The notes under the pieces are model-generated. The model was not told the origin of the DNA and made no database searches. It saw only the letters and a program-made list of their open reading frames with translations. A stretch of DNA of 64,000 nt, taken from NCBI GenBank assembly GCA_965153355.1, contig OZ231126.1:20956001-21020000 (forward strand), given 5' to 3'. A program made the translations under genes and the position numbers. Below, one piece after another: positions 37,483 to 54,181 of the stretch (position 1 is the first letter of the stretch; the number at the start of each line of letters is the position of its first letter). Source of the DNA: Flaccisagitta enflata (taxonomy: Eukaryota).

Positions 37483-38094
37483 CCGGGTCATCAACCTGAG
37501 ATGCCGGATTCTGTTAAGCTTTTACTCAGAGATGCCATATATCTTGATTTTCATACTGATTGTCTCTAAAAAAGCATAGATTGACGTTTTTTGTATCAAA
37601 ATTTCATCAAAATTGGTCAAGTAGTTTAGATTTTACAAGTCTTTGAAGTAAAAACTGATTTTCTCTCAATGGTAGAATTTCCAATAAAAATTATGAAAAA
37701 AGAGCATTTTCATATTTCTCTCTTTGTTGAAAAGTTTGAGCGGGGAACATGTCATAGGTCTAGTATGAAAAAAAAATTGATGTAGTTTCATAAATTTGTC
37801 AAATCATCTTTTATCTAAGACTAATCTCGTGTCTCTGGCTCAAAATATTGCAAAATGAGAGAATGGGGAAAAACACTGTTTATCCATTTTCCCATCAAAA
37901 AACAGAAGTGGCAGAAAGGAAGTTTTTTACTTAAATACATGTAGAATCTTAACTACTTGACCGATGTTCATGAAATTTTGATACAAAAAACGTCAAGCTA
38001 TACTCTTTAAAAGACACTCAGTGTGAAATCCGTGATATGTGGCATCTCAAATTAAAAGCTTAACATTATCCGGCATCTCAAGCTGATGACCCGG
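37483..38094. mobile_element. TA-flanked foldback MITE (Tc1/mariner-like)
   Basis: ta-ccgggtcatcaacctgagatgccgga ... tccggcatctcaagctgatgacccgg-ta; long complementary arms. Confidence 0.88.
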
Positions 38095-38239
38095 TACTTC
38101 CTAAAGCTTCTGAACATAGAGTTTTTCCCACCTATGTAAGATGAAGTCGCGGAAAAAAACCAGGGGGACAACCAATAGTGAGTTCATGTCGTTAACAGGT
38201 TTTGTTCAATTTCACTATCAACAAAAGCAAAAAACATCC

Positions 38240-38722
38240 TACATTGCATTTTGTGAAAAATTTAAAATTTCATAACTGTATCAAAAATTCATTTTAAGAA
38301 CTGAAATTTTGCACACTTATTAGTGAATCCTAAAACTACTACCACACCAAAAATCAAGGGATTTTATAGAAAATCTTAGGAAATATCCCACTTTTTGTGT
38401 TTTTTGAGTTTTGGGTGCCACAGCCACAAAATTTGGCGGAAAATCCCCATCAAAAAATGAAATTTGTATTAAACTATCTAACTAACATACATATAAAAGA
38501 ATTTTTTTTAGTGTAATTTTTGTGGTCAAAATCAGCCAAAAACAGAAAAAAATTTTTTTAGACAAAAAAAAAAAAAAATGAATTTGTTGGAATGGCTCCA
38601 AAACCTTAAACAACATAGTACACCTATAGGTGCATTTTGTGGTAAAAAATTTGATCATGAATCCTAGCCGTTTTACAGATATGGCTTCCCTCCAGCTACC
38701 CAGTTCTTTGATTCTCGTACTG
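38240..38722. mobile_element. Diverged one-ended remnant related to the 57784-61489 foldback family
   Basis: gatatggcttccctcc...cagttctttgattctcgtactg-ta matches the 61445-61491 terminus. Confidence 0.7.
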
Positions 38723-38935
38723 TATCGGTTATTTTTAAAAAGCATTCCCTTGTAATTTAACTTTTGATTTCATAGAAGTATCCAGTGTGATTCAGCAAAG
38801 TTTTTTTAAATTTAATTATAGTTTACTTTAGGCTGCCATTAAAGTAGTTCAACAATTAGAAATTTTGTGCTAGAAAAAAAAATCAAAGGACAATAAATCA
38901 ATTTTCTGATTTCTCCATATTTCTATCTTTTACAG

Positions 38936-39044
38936 GTAATGATGGGGACTCAGATGATTCTGATGATCATGAAGAAGAGTTTTACTACACGGAAGTTGAG
39001 TTGATTGTCAGTGAACCGTCCACATCCCCTAATGCTACATCCAG
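38936..39044 (+). CDS. ZNF704-like: ZNF704/ZNF395/Glut4EF-like gene fragment, exon A
   Basis: tttacag|GT AAT...TCC AG|gtatga encodes NDGDSDDSDDHEEEFYYTEVELIVSEPSTSPNATS. EEFYYTE resembles the EEDFYYTE motif that follows the C2H2 finger in this family. Confidence 0.75.
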
Positions 39045-39303
39045 GTATGATTGCAATACCATTGGGGATCTTGTAAGCTCTTTCTCAGGTTTTGGGAACA
39101 GATCACAGATTTTCCACAGCATGATATCCACTCAATCTGCTTCACTCTGTTCCTGACATGAACAATTAAAAAAACTATAAGAAAATGTCTTTGTAGACTT
39201 TCTGATATATGTGTTGGACTTAACAATGGGTTGACAAACTGACCAACTACAGGCTTATAGAATTATTCATTCCCCAGTTATTGCATTCAATTTTTCTTAA
39301 CAG

Positions 39304-39374
39304 TTTGTGTCTTACCTCAACTCCACATTCTTCACAAACATCATATCCTCCAGAGAAACAAATTTGGAAATCAT
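39304..39374 (+). CDS. ZNF704-like: ZNF704-like fragment, exon B
   Basis: ttcttaacag|T TTG...TCA T|gtgagt; 71 nt, phase 2 to 1; LCLTSTPHSSQTSYPPEKQIWKS. Confidence 0.7.
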
Positions 39375-39557
39375 GTGAGTGCCCACTGGAATATCTATAG
39401 ATGTTCTTGTTTTTTCAAATCTATAAGAATAGTATTTTCAATCACCATAATTCTCTGATAGATATTCATTAGGAGTGTCAAATTGCTGGGATACATTCTG
39501 CTGTATGAAATTTAACATGGTCATTAAAATCAAGACTCTGCATATCATACAACACAG

Positions 39558-39778
39558 TTCAAGTCGATGACGCAGTCAAGTCAAAACAACCGTCTTCCAC
39601 CTCGATCTCCATTCATGCCTCGAAGGAGGATAGTGGTCAAAATTTTGGATCTCTGAGTCACAATGAGAATTCTGTTACTAAGGCTAGTAATCTCCTCCAA
39701 AACCCTTCAGTGGAAAGGCTGTCTAGCCCCACCATTATCCATGCCACTCCAAGTACCGACCATGATTATACTGCCAAG
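39558..39778 (+). CDS. ZNF704-like: ZNF704-like fragment, exon C
   Basis: aacacag|TT CAA...GCC AAG|gtaaat; 221 nt open frame ending HATPSTDHDYTAK (DHxY motif seen in this family). Confidence 0.72.
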
Positions 39779-39901
39779 GTAAATATCATCAGTGATGCTT
39801 AGTACATTCATTACATATGCCCACAGCTCAATTCTATAATTCATTGGCTCTTACAATATCTTTTCAAGGTTTATGCTGATTTACTTCATTTTAATTCTTA
39901 G

Positions 39902-40000
39902 ATTCAAAATACTTCCACACCAAGTTATCGTTCATCATTGATGCCATCTCATGGGATTGGTCACCAAGAGAAATTGATTCCCCAAGGCAAAGATCACTTG
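39902..40000 (+). CDS. ZNF704-like: ZNF704-like fragment, exon D
   Basis: ttcttag|ATT...TTG|gtaaat; 99 nt, phase 0-0; IQNTSTPSYRSSLMPSHGIGHQEKLIPQGKDHL. Confidence 0.68.
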
Positions 40001-40086
40001 GTAAATATACTCTTTCTCACTTAGCATTCTGTAGTCCAATCAAAGTAACAATTGATACAACAACTAATTGTTTTTATCATTCTTAG

Positions 40087-40187
40087 ATTGATTTATTCTT
40101 GGCCATGGAAAACTCTAAACCTGACCAATTCTTGCTTAGTCCAAGTCCAAGTCGACCAATAAACTCCCAGGCATTGAACCAGCTCAG
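40087..40187 (+). CDS. ZNF704-like: ZNF704-like fragment, exon E
   Basis: tcttag|ATT...CTC AG|gtgagt; 101 nt, phase 0 to 2; IDLFLAMENSKPDQFLLSPSPSRPINSQALNQL. Confidence 0.68.
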
Positions 40188-40321
40188 GTGAGTATGGAAG
40201 TAAATTAGAGTCACATCAGATAAGACAGTGAAGTTTGAATTGTGTCAATTATCTCTCGAGTCCATCTGTTCTTTTATCGGTTTGTCCTTTGGTCCATCCA
40301 TTGATGACAGCTATCTACTTA

Positions 40322-40665
40322 CCGTATTTCTTGTAATTAGCGCCCCGGGCGCTTTTGAAATTGAAAACAAACATTGTTGTTTTAAACCTGCAATTAGCGC
40401 CCCCTATTCACCAATATTCAAATGATGTATTATGAAATTTACACTTTTTGACAATTTTCTTAGAATTCAAAACGGTAAATCAGTAAAAAAGAAATTATTT
40501 TTGTATTGCATTTAATTCTCATATGGTCTTTGTCAAAAAAATTGAATCTTCAATGAATTTTCTACAATTTTTTTTCTTAAAAGATTACTCATATCATTAG
40601 CTGATCTTTTCATAAAAAGGGGGGGCGCTAATTAGAGGGGGGGGCGATAAATGAAAGAAATACGG
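40322..40665. mobile_element. TA-flanked MITE (Tc1/pogo-like) in the ZNF704-like intron E-F
   Basis: ta-ccgtatttctt ... aagaaatacgg-ta; subterminal aattagcgcccc repeats inverted at both ends. Confidence 0.85.
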
Positions 40666-41292
40666 TAAGCATTTTTAGACATTTCTTAGAACATGTAGGT
40701 ATTAATATGGTTTTGCTAATCTGTGATTATGTTGTTTTGACAAGTGGAACAATATCCCTCTCGATAATCAAACTGAAATAAATGAAAGAGGGCCTTGGCT
40801 AGTAAATAGGCGCACTCCTAGTTTTCAGTGAATTAAAATCTGAAAAACCTTTCTCTTTTTAATCCAAAAGAAACCACATACCAAAAGTAGTAAAGGGCAA
40901 ATGATTGTTACTGTGTTTCCTGTAGCGTCCCAGGCCCTTCTGAAATTGAACAAGGCCTCAGACACAGATTCCCAGCCATGGACAGGTGGGCTGGGGTAGT
41001 GGTGCAAAAAACCACTCATATACTGCCAAAACATTCAAAAAACATTAGAATTGTTATTCTCTTACCACTTAAAAAATAGTACAGAAAAATCATGAAAATT
41101 AGTGACATCAGTATCGTTTTCTTGAGTTAAAATGTTTGTATCTTTTCCTTCCTTGCTAAACAGGGGTTGATAAATACATTACCTGTGTCACCAAAACTTA
41201 ACTATGTAATGCTTTAATTGTTCGTCGTGTATGTACAACTACATGATTTTGGTTCTCTTGATCAACTTGCTCCTATCTATCCAATTTTGTAG

Positions 41293-41393
41293 GTTGACAA
41301 CACCTTCTGAAACATTTTCTATTGGAAGTTATCCAAATGACGCTGCTTCAAGAAACTTAAATTGGTCTGGTCAGACTCATCCCACTTTAACAG
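41293..41393 (+). CDS. ZNF704-like: ZNF704-like fragment, exon F
   Basis: tttgtag|G TTG...ACA G|gtgaga; 101 nt, phase 2 to 1; RLTTPSETFSIGSYPNDAASRNLNWSGQTHPTLT. Confidence 0.65.
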
Positions 41394-41683
41394 GTGAGAT
41401 TAAGAATCAGTTTAAGCTATGATGAAAAACTTGTGTGATGAATGCTAGCCTAAGCTTCTCAGTAAAACAGACTGGGAACCAAGACTGGACTGGTGATTAG
41501 TAACCACTGGTTATTACATTTCAAATAGAGATTTATTTGAGAGTTTTATTTGAAATGTGGTCTTCCTTTCCGCATATGTTTTTTTTTTTTCAAACACAAT
41601 TACACATAAAAGAAGGGAAAAATAATACAATGCAATCATTGCATGAGCAGACAAAGATTTTCATGATGGGGATGATATTTGTA

Positions 41684-42163
41684 CAGTGAGGTCTGTGGAA
41701 TAACAGTCAACTGAGGTAGGTATTTGCTAAACCTTAATTTCATTTGACAAAATTGATATTTGAAATAGAAATTGTTTAATCCATGCTTTTGTCCCTGAGT
41801 TTTTCGGTTGTTATGGAAACCAAAATTATTTTTCAAACATTTATAATCCACTGTGAATATCAATATTTTGGACAAATATTAACAGGGAACATTGCTCAGA
41901 ATTAGATTTGCCATAAGTTTCCTACAGTATGTCTTGTAAGAATATTGCTCGTTTGGCGTGTTGCTGGGGAGCATCATTTAGCGGTTGCTAGGTGTGATGC
42001 CCTCTAGCAATGGCCAAATGAGCAGTATTCTTACAGAACATACTGTGGGAAAGTTGTAACAAATTTGATTCTCAGCAATGTTCCCTGATAATATTTGTCA
42101 AAATATTGATATTCTAGTAGTTATAAATGCTTGAAAAAATAATTTTGGTTTCCATAGTAATCC
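41684..42163. mobile_element. Palindromic MITE (TA-CAGTG start), right arm cut by the duplication breakpoint
   Basis: Symmetry centre near 41985; same family as 47936-48377. Confidence 0.8.
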
Positions 42164-42932
42164 GTCTCAACCAATGAGAAGTCACGATTCTCGACTCCAA
42201 CATTGAATCCAGCCTTCAACGATTGTGATCAAAAACTCTTTCTTGTGGAAATTTGAGGAAAAGAAAAGACGCAGAGGGAATTTAAAAAAAGAGAATCATG
42301 TGGAATGGGAACAGTAATTGATTCTCATGTGAATCGTTATTATTTGTTTTTGTTTTGTTTTCTTTTGTTGTAGTTATCCCCACATTAGTTTTTTTTTCAA
42401 GTCTTTGATTTGGCATCATTCTTGTTTCGTTTTTTTTCCATCTTTTTCAAAACAAAACTTTGCCCTTGCCCATGTCAAGTTCAATGTTCTATTTGATCCG
42501 CTTCACCATAACACATAATTCACAACCGAGGCAAATATTTTCTTCGTTAATGTGAAGTGATTTCTTCCATTTTATCTGTACTCCCTTGATCTTTAGAATT
42601 TGCTGATTCCCCCACCAATCACCATGCCAATCTAGACCACCATTAGGCTACCTTTCTCCCATTGCCCCTTTGCCTTAAGGTATGATCTGCCCTGTCTATC
42701 TAGAATGATGGAATCAACAAACCCGGCTTGTGATGGGCCCGCCAATTTTGGTGTTCATTTGAATCTTAATTCATCTTGCTTTTCTTTATCTAACCCACCA
42801 CTTGCTCTCCCCCCTCCCCCACATCATTTTCCCCCATTTATTTTTTTTCCTCGACTATCCAACTTTTTTTTTTTGTAAAAAATTTGACGGATTTCTGGTC
42901 GGCAACAACAGCTGCCTTTTACGATCAATATC

Positions 42933-42992
<60 letters not shown>

Positions 42993-43524
42993 AACACACA
43001 TAAAATTCCCCTTCAAAATCTGTGTTGGGATCGGGGCCCCTCGTCCGTGTTTAGAGGCACAAACACACACATAAACAAGAAAAAGCGACAAACAAACTTC
43101 CATTGAGTCTTTGAGACATTTGGAGATTTTTTTTCTATTGAGACATTTGTCAAAAACTCGCTCGTAAAGTCACGGAAAATCCATAAAAAGTCAATTTCGC
43201 AACATTTCAAAGGAACGAGCGAAGGAATGACTGAATGGTCGAGTGAATGAATGAATGAAGCATGGAGGAATGAATGCGCAACAAACCAAGTCAGAAGAAG
43301 CCTTACGGCAACGAGGAATTAAATAAGAAAGACAGAGGGAGAAAAAAAAAAACAGTGGATCGACAAAAAACAGCAGAAAACTTTTTTCCGTGGTCTTGGC
43401 ACTTTTACAAGACCTGTCAAGAAGATGCATGAATCAAATTTGAAAACGAAAACGAATCAAAACTCCTCATCAACGTTTGATCAGGATTGTTTTCTCCATT
43501 TGTTGCCTGACTATCTTATCAAAA

Positions 43525-43605
<81 letters not shown>

Positions 43606-44406
43606 GAGAGAGAATTTTGCCCAAATCATTCGACTATTTTTTCTGGTGTTTTCTTGTTGTTATTTAATCCGAAATCAAAGGGGCTGAAATGGGGTCTAAC
43701 ATGATGAAAGACAGTTTTATTCTGGTTAGCAAATTAGAGCTAGAGTTCATTTCAATCTGACTACGAAAGATTCTTCTTTCGAATTATCACTACCCCTTCA
43801 TTCACGTCATAGCGATACCCTGCCTCCCGAAATCACCCCGACAGCCCGTCATTATCCCCTTGTACTCGCCATACCCCCGTCATACAACATTTTACTTTAC
43901 CCACCAACTTAAAAATCAATATATTTGTCATCTATCATCGATTCTATGTCATTGAAAATTTGAATTATCATTATTACATGAAAAATATACACTTTCGTTA
44001 GCAAAAAAAGCCTCTTTCATCGACATCCAATTGTAAGCGATGCCATAGCTACGTCATTAAGGGGTGTTGCATTGTCCCCGCTCATACTCATTATTATCAC
44101 ATCCGTCATTAGATCTTGTATGTCGCCGTAAAATAACTGAAGTGACGATTCGCATTTTTGTATCATCATGCATATTGTTATATTTGCAACGTCCGATTAG
44201 ATGAAAACAAACTGTTCTTCTTGAAAGTTTTGTCATTCTCTGTTTGTTGTCTAAAGCTAGGTTACCGAGTATAGACAGATTGAAAATTGCTTTGAGAAGA
44301 TAGAGGTGATATCTCTTGAACTACTTTCTATCCATCGTGTGACTGTGTGTTCGCTCTGTCTCTGTCGTTCCCTCTCCTGATCTGTCAGACTGTTGGTCGG
44401 TCTGTC

Positions 44407-44576
<170 letters not shown>

Positions 44577-44799
44577 CATTCTTCTATTTTGCATGCGCAA
44601 TAAAATGTAGACAGACCGGGACCTAGTTACCTGGCAAATCATAAAACGAATTTCAACTTGAGTCATGTCCCAGTGGGTGTTCTCTCTCAGCCTCGAATTG
44701 GCCACTGACCTCGGTCAGCATCAACTCCAGATCTCCAAAGTTATTTTACAACTCTTGGGTAAGAGAGTGGAACAATGAATACGAGATCAATTAACAGTT

Positions 44800-44952
<153 letters not shown>

Positions 44953-45215
44953 GAAGGAAAAAGAATTCACTATATGACGCCGACAACATACCTCAATATC
45001 AATCACACCTTTTCAAATGAATGCGTACAAACCGGCACAAACGCACAACGGCCATATACGCATACGCAAACGCGCACAAACAATGACAGTAAAATCAATA
45101 CAGCCGTGTATTTGACTTTGAAGAGCGAGACCTTAAATAGCTGCATAGAAGGATATATGCATGCGCTTATCATTTCAGTTCTGTTTCAAAAACAACAAAA
45201 TGATAGGAGTGTTAC

Positions 45216-45367
45216 CAGCGCCGTATGGGAGTATATGATTTTGGGGGTGCTACCTCCAATTTGTGTCACAACAACTTATTAATGTCCCGATCAATCTAAC
45301 AAGTGATTTTTTTGGTTCTAAATGTGTAAACAATAACAATTTTCAGTGTCTATCAGTACAAGAAAGC

Positions 45368-45430
<63 letters not shown>

Positions 45431-45487
45431 TCTTTATCTGGGGTGTGTTCCAACAAGGCCCAAGCGGCCCCTTGGCATACGGCCCTG
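45216..45487. mobile_element. hAT-like MITE, 272 bp, 8-bp TSD
   Basis: TSD agtgttac at 45208-45215 and 45488-45495; TIR cagcgccgtatg / catacggccctg; empty site at 17162-17169. Confidence 0.9.
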
Positions 45488-45641
45488 AGTGTTACGACTA
45501 GGGATGTGGAAGCGGTTGATTTTCCTGCCGCTTCCAAAGATTCCGCTTCCGCTTCTATTTTGCTGCTCAAATATTAGTAGCTACTCATCCACCTACCGCT
45601 TCCACTTCCCCAGCTACGACACACACACACACACACGCGCA

Positions 45642-47430
<1,789 letters not shown>

Positions 47431-47935
47431 AACACAAACAGACAACTTGTCGATACATCCTTAGCCTCATTTGCATATTGTGGTGAAACAAATTTTCCTT
47501 TACAACAATTAGCGCTAGTCCATTTTTCCCTCAGAGCTATCACTGATTGTGAAAGCAGTTGTGATGATGAATATTATGTTCTTTTTCTTCCAATGGGATT
47601 CATTGATGTCATGGTTGGGTGGGTTTTGGTATGATTGAGCACTCCTTTGGTAGTATTTTAGCAATCTTATTTATTGAACCCATTCCGCTTATGGGTCGTA
47701 ATTTGATGAGGATGTCACTTGAGGACTCGAAGTAGTGAGTAATCATAGTCATGCTGCAAAAGCTCCTATGTTCGTATTTCAGCACTTACCATCTTGCTCA
47801 AAAATACCGTCTCAGTAAAACAAAATTATTGTTTATTGTTGTTATTTCTCATAAAAAGTTGTACATTTCTGCACAAATATTGAGTATAGGCTCTTATGGT
47901 ACCATATACCCTTTGTATTCAATTGGGAAGACATA

Positions 47936-48377
47936 CAGTGGGGTTCGTGGAATTACAGCCTAAACTGGAGGAAGGTATTTAAGTGTCTTTATTTCATTTG
48001 ACAAACTTGATATTTGAAATATAAGTTGTTTATTCGATGCTTTTGTCCCTGAGTTTTTTGGTTGCTATGTAAACCAAAATTTTTTTTTTGAATACTAGAA
48101 TATTGATATTTTGACAAATGTTATTAGGGAACATTGCTCAGAATTAAATTTGCTACAACTTTCCCACAGTATGTCCTGTAAGAATATTGCTTGTTTAGCC
48201 GTTGCTAGGAGCATCATTTAGCGGTTGCTAGGTGTGATGCCCCTTAGCAACGGCCAAACGAGCAATATTTTTACAGAACATACTGTGGGAAAATTGTAGC
48301 AAATTTAATTTCAAGCAACGTTCCCTGACAATATTTATCAAAATATTGATATTTTAATGTTTATAAATGTTTGAATT
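47936..48377. mobile_element. Second copy of the palindromic TA-CAGTG MITE, abutting the distal duplication breakpoint
   Basis: ta-cagtggggttcgtggaattacag...; centre gagcatcatttagcggttgctaggtgtgatgccc shared with 41684-42163. Confidence 0.8.
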
Positions 48378-48383
48378 TTATTA

Positions 48384-50188
48384 CAGTGATGCCCGGGCGA
48401 TTTTGCATTTTCTTTAACAATACAATACACTAGACCAGAGGTGTGACGAACTAATCGCCTGGTAGATCAATCGGGTCGATTTTTTGCGTTTCTGAACAAT
48501 CTTCCTGAGTCACCAAAACAAAAACAAATCGAGTCGATTTTTTGTCTTTTTTAGTTGCATGCTACGCGACTCTATAAGCCACTATTTGGTCCCTTTCTGT
48601 TTGTCTGTCCGTCACAAAGTCGTTTTAAAGGCTTGGTATTGTGTTTTTTATGTCTCTGAACAGTAGAAAGGGTGAGCAAACACAACCATTTCAATTTTAA
48701 AAAAAAATTGTTTGTCTCTCTGTCTGTTGTCTGATTTTTTTTTAAATTGCCGTTGCAAGCGACTTAGGTCTAATGACCTTGTTTTTCTCTGGCTAGCATA
48801 GATTCGATTTGACGATGAGACTGATTTAAATATGAGTTAGAAGTAAGAAATATTGAAAACGAAATACTAAAAAATGGAAAATTGTTGATGAAATGCATTG
48901 CACAACTATGAAAATGTACGTAGATACTTGCAGAACCCACATTCTGAAACAAAATTCAACTTCAAAAGCTTGCTTACAATCTGACGCGAATTGAAAAAAA
49001 GATGCAATTTTGAAAGGCTGATTATGCCATTGAAACTCATGAAAACCATATTTAAATTCTAGGTTGTTAAAAGGCTCCTGGGAAAATACTTTCATTTAGC
49101 ACCAATCTGGTATTTCTATCTTTTTTCGTTTGGAAATGGCATTAGTTTGAGTAACTACTTTGCTTATTTCATTTTTGCAGTTGCATAGAAAAATATGCAT
49201 TTTAGCAAAATGGTCTTTCACTTTGACTGACTCTAGCTTATAAACGGTTAAAGATAAAGACCTGCGATTGGTCTAGATTGACAGAGTTTTTTGAAAATCT
49301 TCAAAATCAGTTTGTCCAATAAATGTAAGTGGAGCTTATTGAACCGTTTTTTTTTTGTTTTTTTTTGACAAATACAAAGGAGCGTCTTTTTTTTTCAAAT
49401 TCACGTAGTAAATGAAAAACGCAGTTGTCTCTACTGTTTAGTTGGCTCTTACTTCTTTTTTCATATTAATGAATGACTACAACTTGGATTACTTATCTTG
49501 TGATATTGAGTGGCTTCTAGAACATGTTGCTGTGACTACAAAGAACATTTTTACTTAAAAGGGCTAATTGGCAAAACAATCGACCCATGGTCGATTTTTG
49601 GTCGATTTTTTAGGGGGGTTTGACCATGATTCGTTCGACCTGGTCGATTTTTAAAATCAATAGTTCGTGACACCTATGCACTAGACAATTTTTAAAAGTA
49701 TCGGACCAATACAATACCAATACAATACAACATCTTAAAAAAATCTACCCAATACATAATAATACTTTTATTCACTTAATAAAAGATCTTTGTTGATTCT
49801 TAAATAAACTAATATATAGTATTGTGTAGTAATATATATACTAATAAGTTTTAACCTATCTTTTATCGATCTCTTCTCATCCTCCTCACCCACCTAACTT
49901 TATCCTCTTCTACCTCATTATAGTTATATCTGTCTTTCCCTAATTTTGTTTTTCACTGGTGTATCTGATCTTTGTTTCATTAATTTTTTTTCCTTCATCA
50001 TTTCCTTCCCTGACTTTCTTATTTGGATTAATCCTCCTATTCAATATTTTACTATTTTCTCTAAAAAAATTGTTGTATTGTTTTGTATTGAAAAAAACAA
50101 ACAACATCTATAGTAAATATTGGGTAAACCCAATACTTACAAATATTGTAAATACAATACAATACCCAATATGAATCGCCCGGCACTC
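48384..50188. mobile_element. Outer hAT-like element with caata subterminal repeats (degenerate TIR)
   Basis: ccgggcgatt at about 48393 and aatcgcccgg at about 50174; aatacaatac repeats as in 45725-47397. Confidence 0.55.
48436..49678. mobile_element. Nested hAT-like element, 1243 bp, 8-bp TSD
   Basis: TSD cactagac at 48428-48435 and 49679-49686; TIR cagaggtgtgacgaacta / tagttcgtgacacctatg; gtcgattttt subterminal repeats. Confidence 0.9.
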
Positions 50189-51149
50189 GCCCATCACTTT
50201 CTTACTTATGTATATTCATTTTGAAATAAAATTCAAATAGTTTGTACTAAAAAAATTTCTTGGCGGCATTTGACAGATCTTTCAAAGCTCAAATGATAAG
50301 CCTAGAAAAAGTGAAAATGAACAGGTCAATATTCTTTTCCTCATTTTTTGCATAGTTTCTGCTCTATATGGACATGAATGTTTTTACTCTTTTAGCTCTA
50401 AAATCTAGAAGAATCGAGCTACTGAGCTCTGCTTGGTAGCATTTTGAAGATGTTTTCTTGTTCTTTCTAATGGTCACTGATTTCAATTTGTTTTTACAGT
50501 GTTTTGTTCACAAATTAGCGATAAAGGTGAGACGATATTTTTGAGCACTTGACAATTGAAGAGTGAGCAATTGACACTTGGTAAAATCATCCTATATTGC
50601 TTTGGAAGAGCGCACTGATTGAGAAAACTTCCTTCGTCAGCTCTATGCCTGCGACCGACTCATAGAACCAAGGCAGTCATCGCGTCATCTGTCGGAGGCT
50701 TTGAATACTGAGTCAAGATGCGGCCGTGAAATATCCGATGAATGATTGACAATTGATGCAGATAGACTAACGAACCGTCTGCGACGCCTTACAGAACAAA
50801 GTGCAGACGAAGCGACAGATTTCTGCCATCACCATTCCCGAGCATGCAATCTGCCCACAACGTTGCTTGGTAACGCGCGCGCTGACGCAGCTGCACGCCC
50901 ACGCCGTCGCTGCTTCAGCTGCCACGTGTGAAGTCGCCGCAGCTGCTGCCGCCCCTGACAAATCCCCGGCCGCTGCTGCCACTAATACTATGAAGCTTCG
51001 TCGTGGTGCCGCGACGCGTCGTTGGCGTCGACGTCGTGGAACAAAAAATCTCCGCGTGGAAAAGAAGAAAAAGAGACGAAAACAAAAGAACAATCGAGAA
51101 GGTAGCAGCGCAGTTTGCATTTCGACCAAATGGCGAAAGCACTGAATTC

Positions 51150-51284
<135 letters not shown>

Positions 51285-51436
51285 GCGCGTCGCGTCGCTG
51301 ATCGTCCGCCGAGAATTCTACAATATTCTTAATCGTACCAGCAAAGGTCTAATCTAAAATATTTTGTCGGTCAAAATCTTGACGAAAACAGACGAATTCA
51401 AAATGAAATTAAAAAACAAAACAAAACAAAACAAAA

Positions 51437-51589
51437 AAACAAGGCCAAGTAGGCCAATAAGGTGAGACGTGTGGATCGTCGACCGAATGAGTTACCAACA
51501 GACAGACCGACCAACCAACCAACCAACCAACCAACCAACCAACCAACGGACAAAGCCAGTTATAGAGGTACTTTGTCGCACCTAAAAAA
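51437..51589 (-). mobile_element. HINE-like short element, second family
   Basis: Reverse-complement match to 63368-63502; (ccaa)n core; end hairpin aggccaagtaggcc. Confidence 0.7.
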
Positions 51590-51759
51590 AGTGGTCACAA
51601 AATTAATTAACAGATAAAAGTAGGTGAATACCTGACGCATCATGATGTCAATATATCTGGTAGAACGATCCAGCGGTCTACATGACTAAATGCATGGTCT
51701 GCGATGGCGACATTCGTCCATACGTCCGTCTTTCCATCCGTCGGTCAACATTACCGAAA

Positions 51760-52767
<1,008 letters not shown>

Positions 52768-52908
52768 ACGTTTCACTAACAGTAACAGCAGCGACCATTA
52801 TTTTGTATCGCTCACCATGGTGACAATCAGTTCATGGATTCATGGTCCCTCTCCGCTCCGCCCAGTCTAGACACTCCTATCATTTTTCCTCGTAAAATCC
52901 CCTTGGGA

Positions 52909-53141
<233 letters not shown>

Positions 53142-53408
53142 AGCGCCCTCGAGATCGTCACCTTAACCGTCACCTATACCATCATTTGCATTTTAACTAT
53201 CACCCTTCTCGTCGCTCCAGCCGTCAACTCAAACATCACCCTAGTAAATGCAGACGGCTCTTCCTTCGTCACCCTAACTATCATATCCACCCTCACCTCT
53301 ACTAGATTCGCAGCGCGACTCATTTTCATCGTTTCATTCTTCCTCACTCCTAGACTCCAATGGAAGCTTTATCCGTCCGTCGGATCCGTTGGTCAGTCCG
53401 TAGTTTAT

Positions 53409-54181
53409 GTTTTAAGTCGCGTGCTACGCGACTCTACACCCCGCTTTGTCAGTCCATCGGTCCGTCGGTCGGTTGGTCGGTTGATCGGACGGTCCCCTTT
53501 TTGGGCAGCGGCCCCAAAGAGCCGATGTCCTGTAGGACACAGGGGGAAATTTTGAGACGTCCGTCCTTTTGTCCGTCCATTTGTCCTTCTGTCCCCCCAC
53601 CCCCTTGGCCATTGGAGTCTCAAGTCTCAAGTCTGCAGTCTCAGGCCTGATTTTGACCCTCTGAGCCCTCAAATTACAGTAGCTCTTTTAGACCTCAATT
53701 TAGCCCTCTAGAGCTCAAATCTGCTCTCCAGACCTCATATCTGCCCTCACGACCACAAATCAGCCCTCCAGGTCTCAAATCAGCCCTCCAGACCTCAAAT
53801 CCGCCCTCCAGGCCTAAAATCAAGTCTTTAGGCCTCAAATTTGTCTTCTAGGCCTCCAGCCTGCCACACAAACCTGCAAATCTGCTCTTTTGGACTAAAT
53901 TCTGCCATCCCGACTTCAAATCTGCCTCAGGACGTCTCAAAATTCACCCCTGTATCCTACAAGACATCGGCCCTTTGGGGCCGCTGCCCTGCTTTCACTC
54001 CACTTCTTCACTTGATCACTCCAAGCAGGGCATCGGGTACCTCTGTCCATGTGCGATCCTTCTATGACTAGTTACTTTTTTGGCGTTTTTGAGCTTTTTG
54101 AGCTCACTGCTCCTGCCTAAATGCCCAAGTGACCTCTATCACTGCCCCTGCCCACCCGCACGTGTATCCGGCCTTGTTTTA
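53409..54181 (+). mobile_element. HINE-like element with a nested long-subTIR HINE (about 53498-54075) bearing a 21-bp array
   Basis: Outer: ttttaagtcgcgtgctacgcgactcta ... gtgtatccggccttgttt. Inner: gggcagcggccccaaagagccgatgtc / gacatcggccctttggggccgctgccc. Confidence 0.7.
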
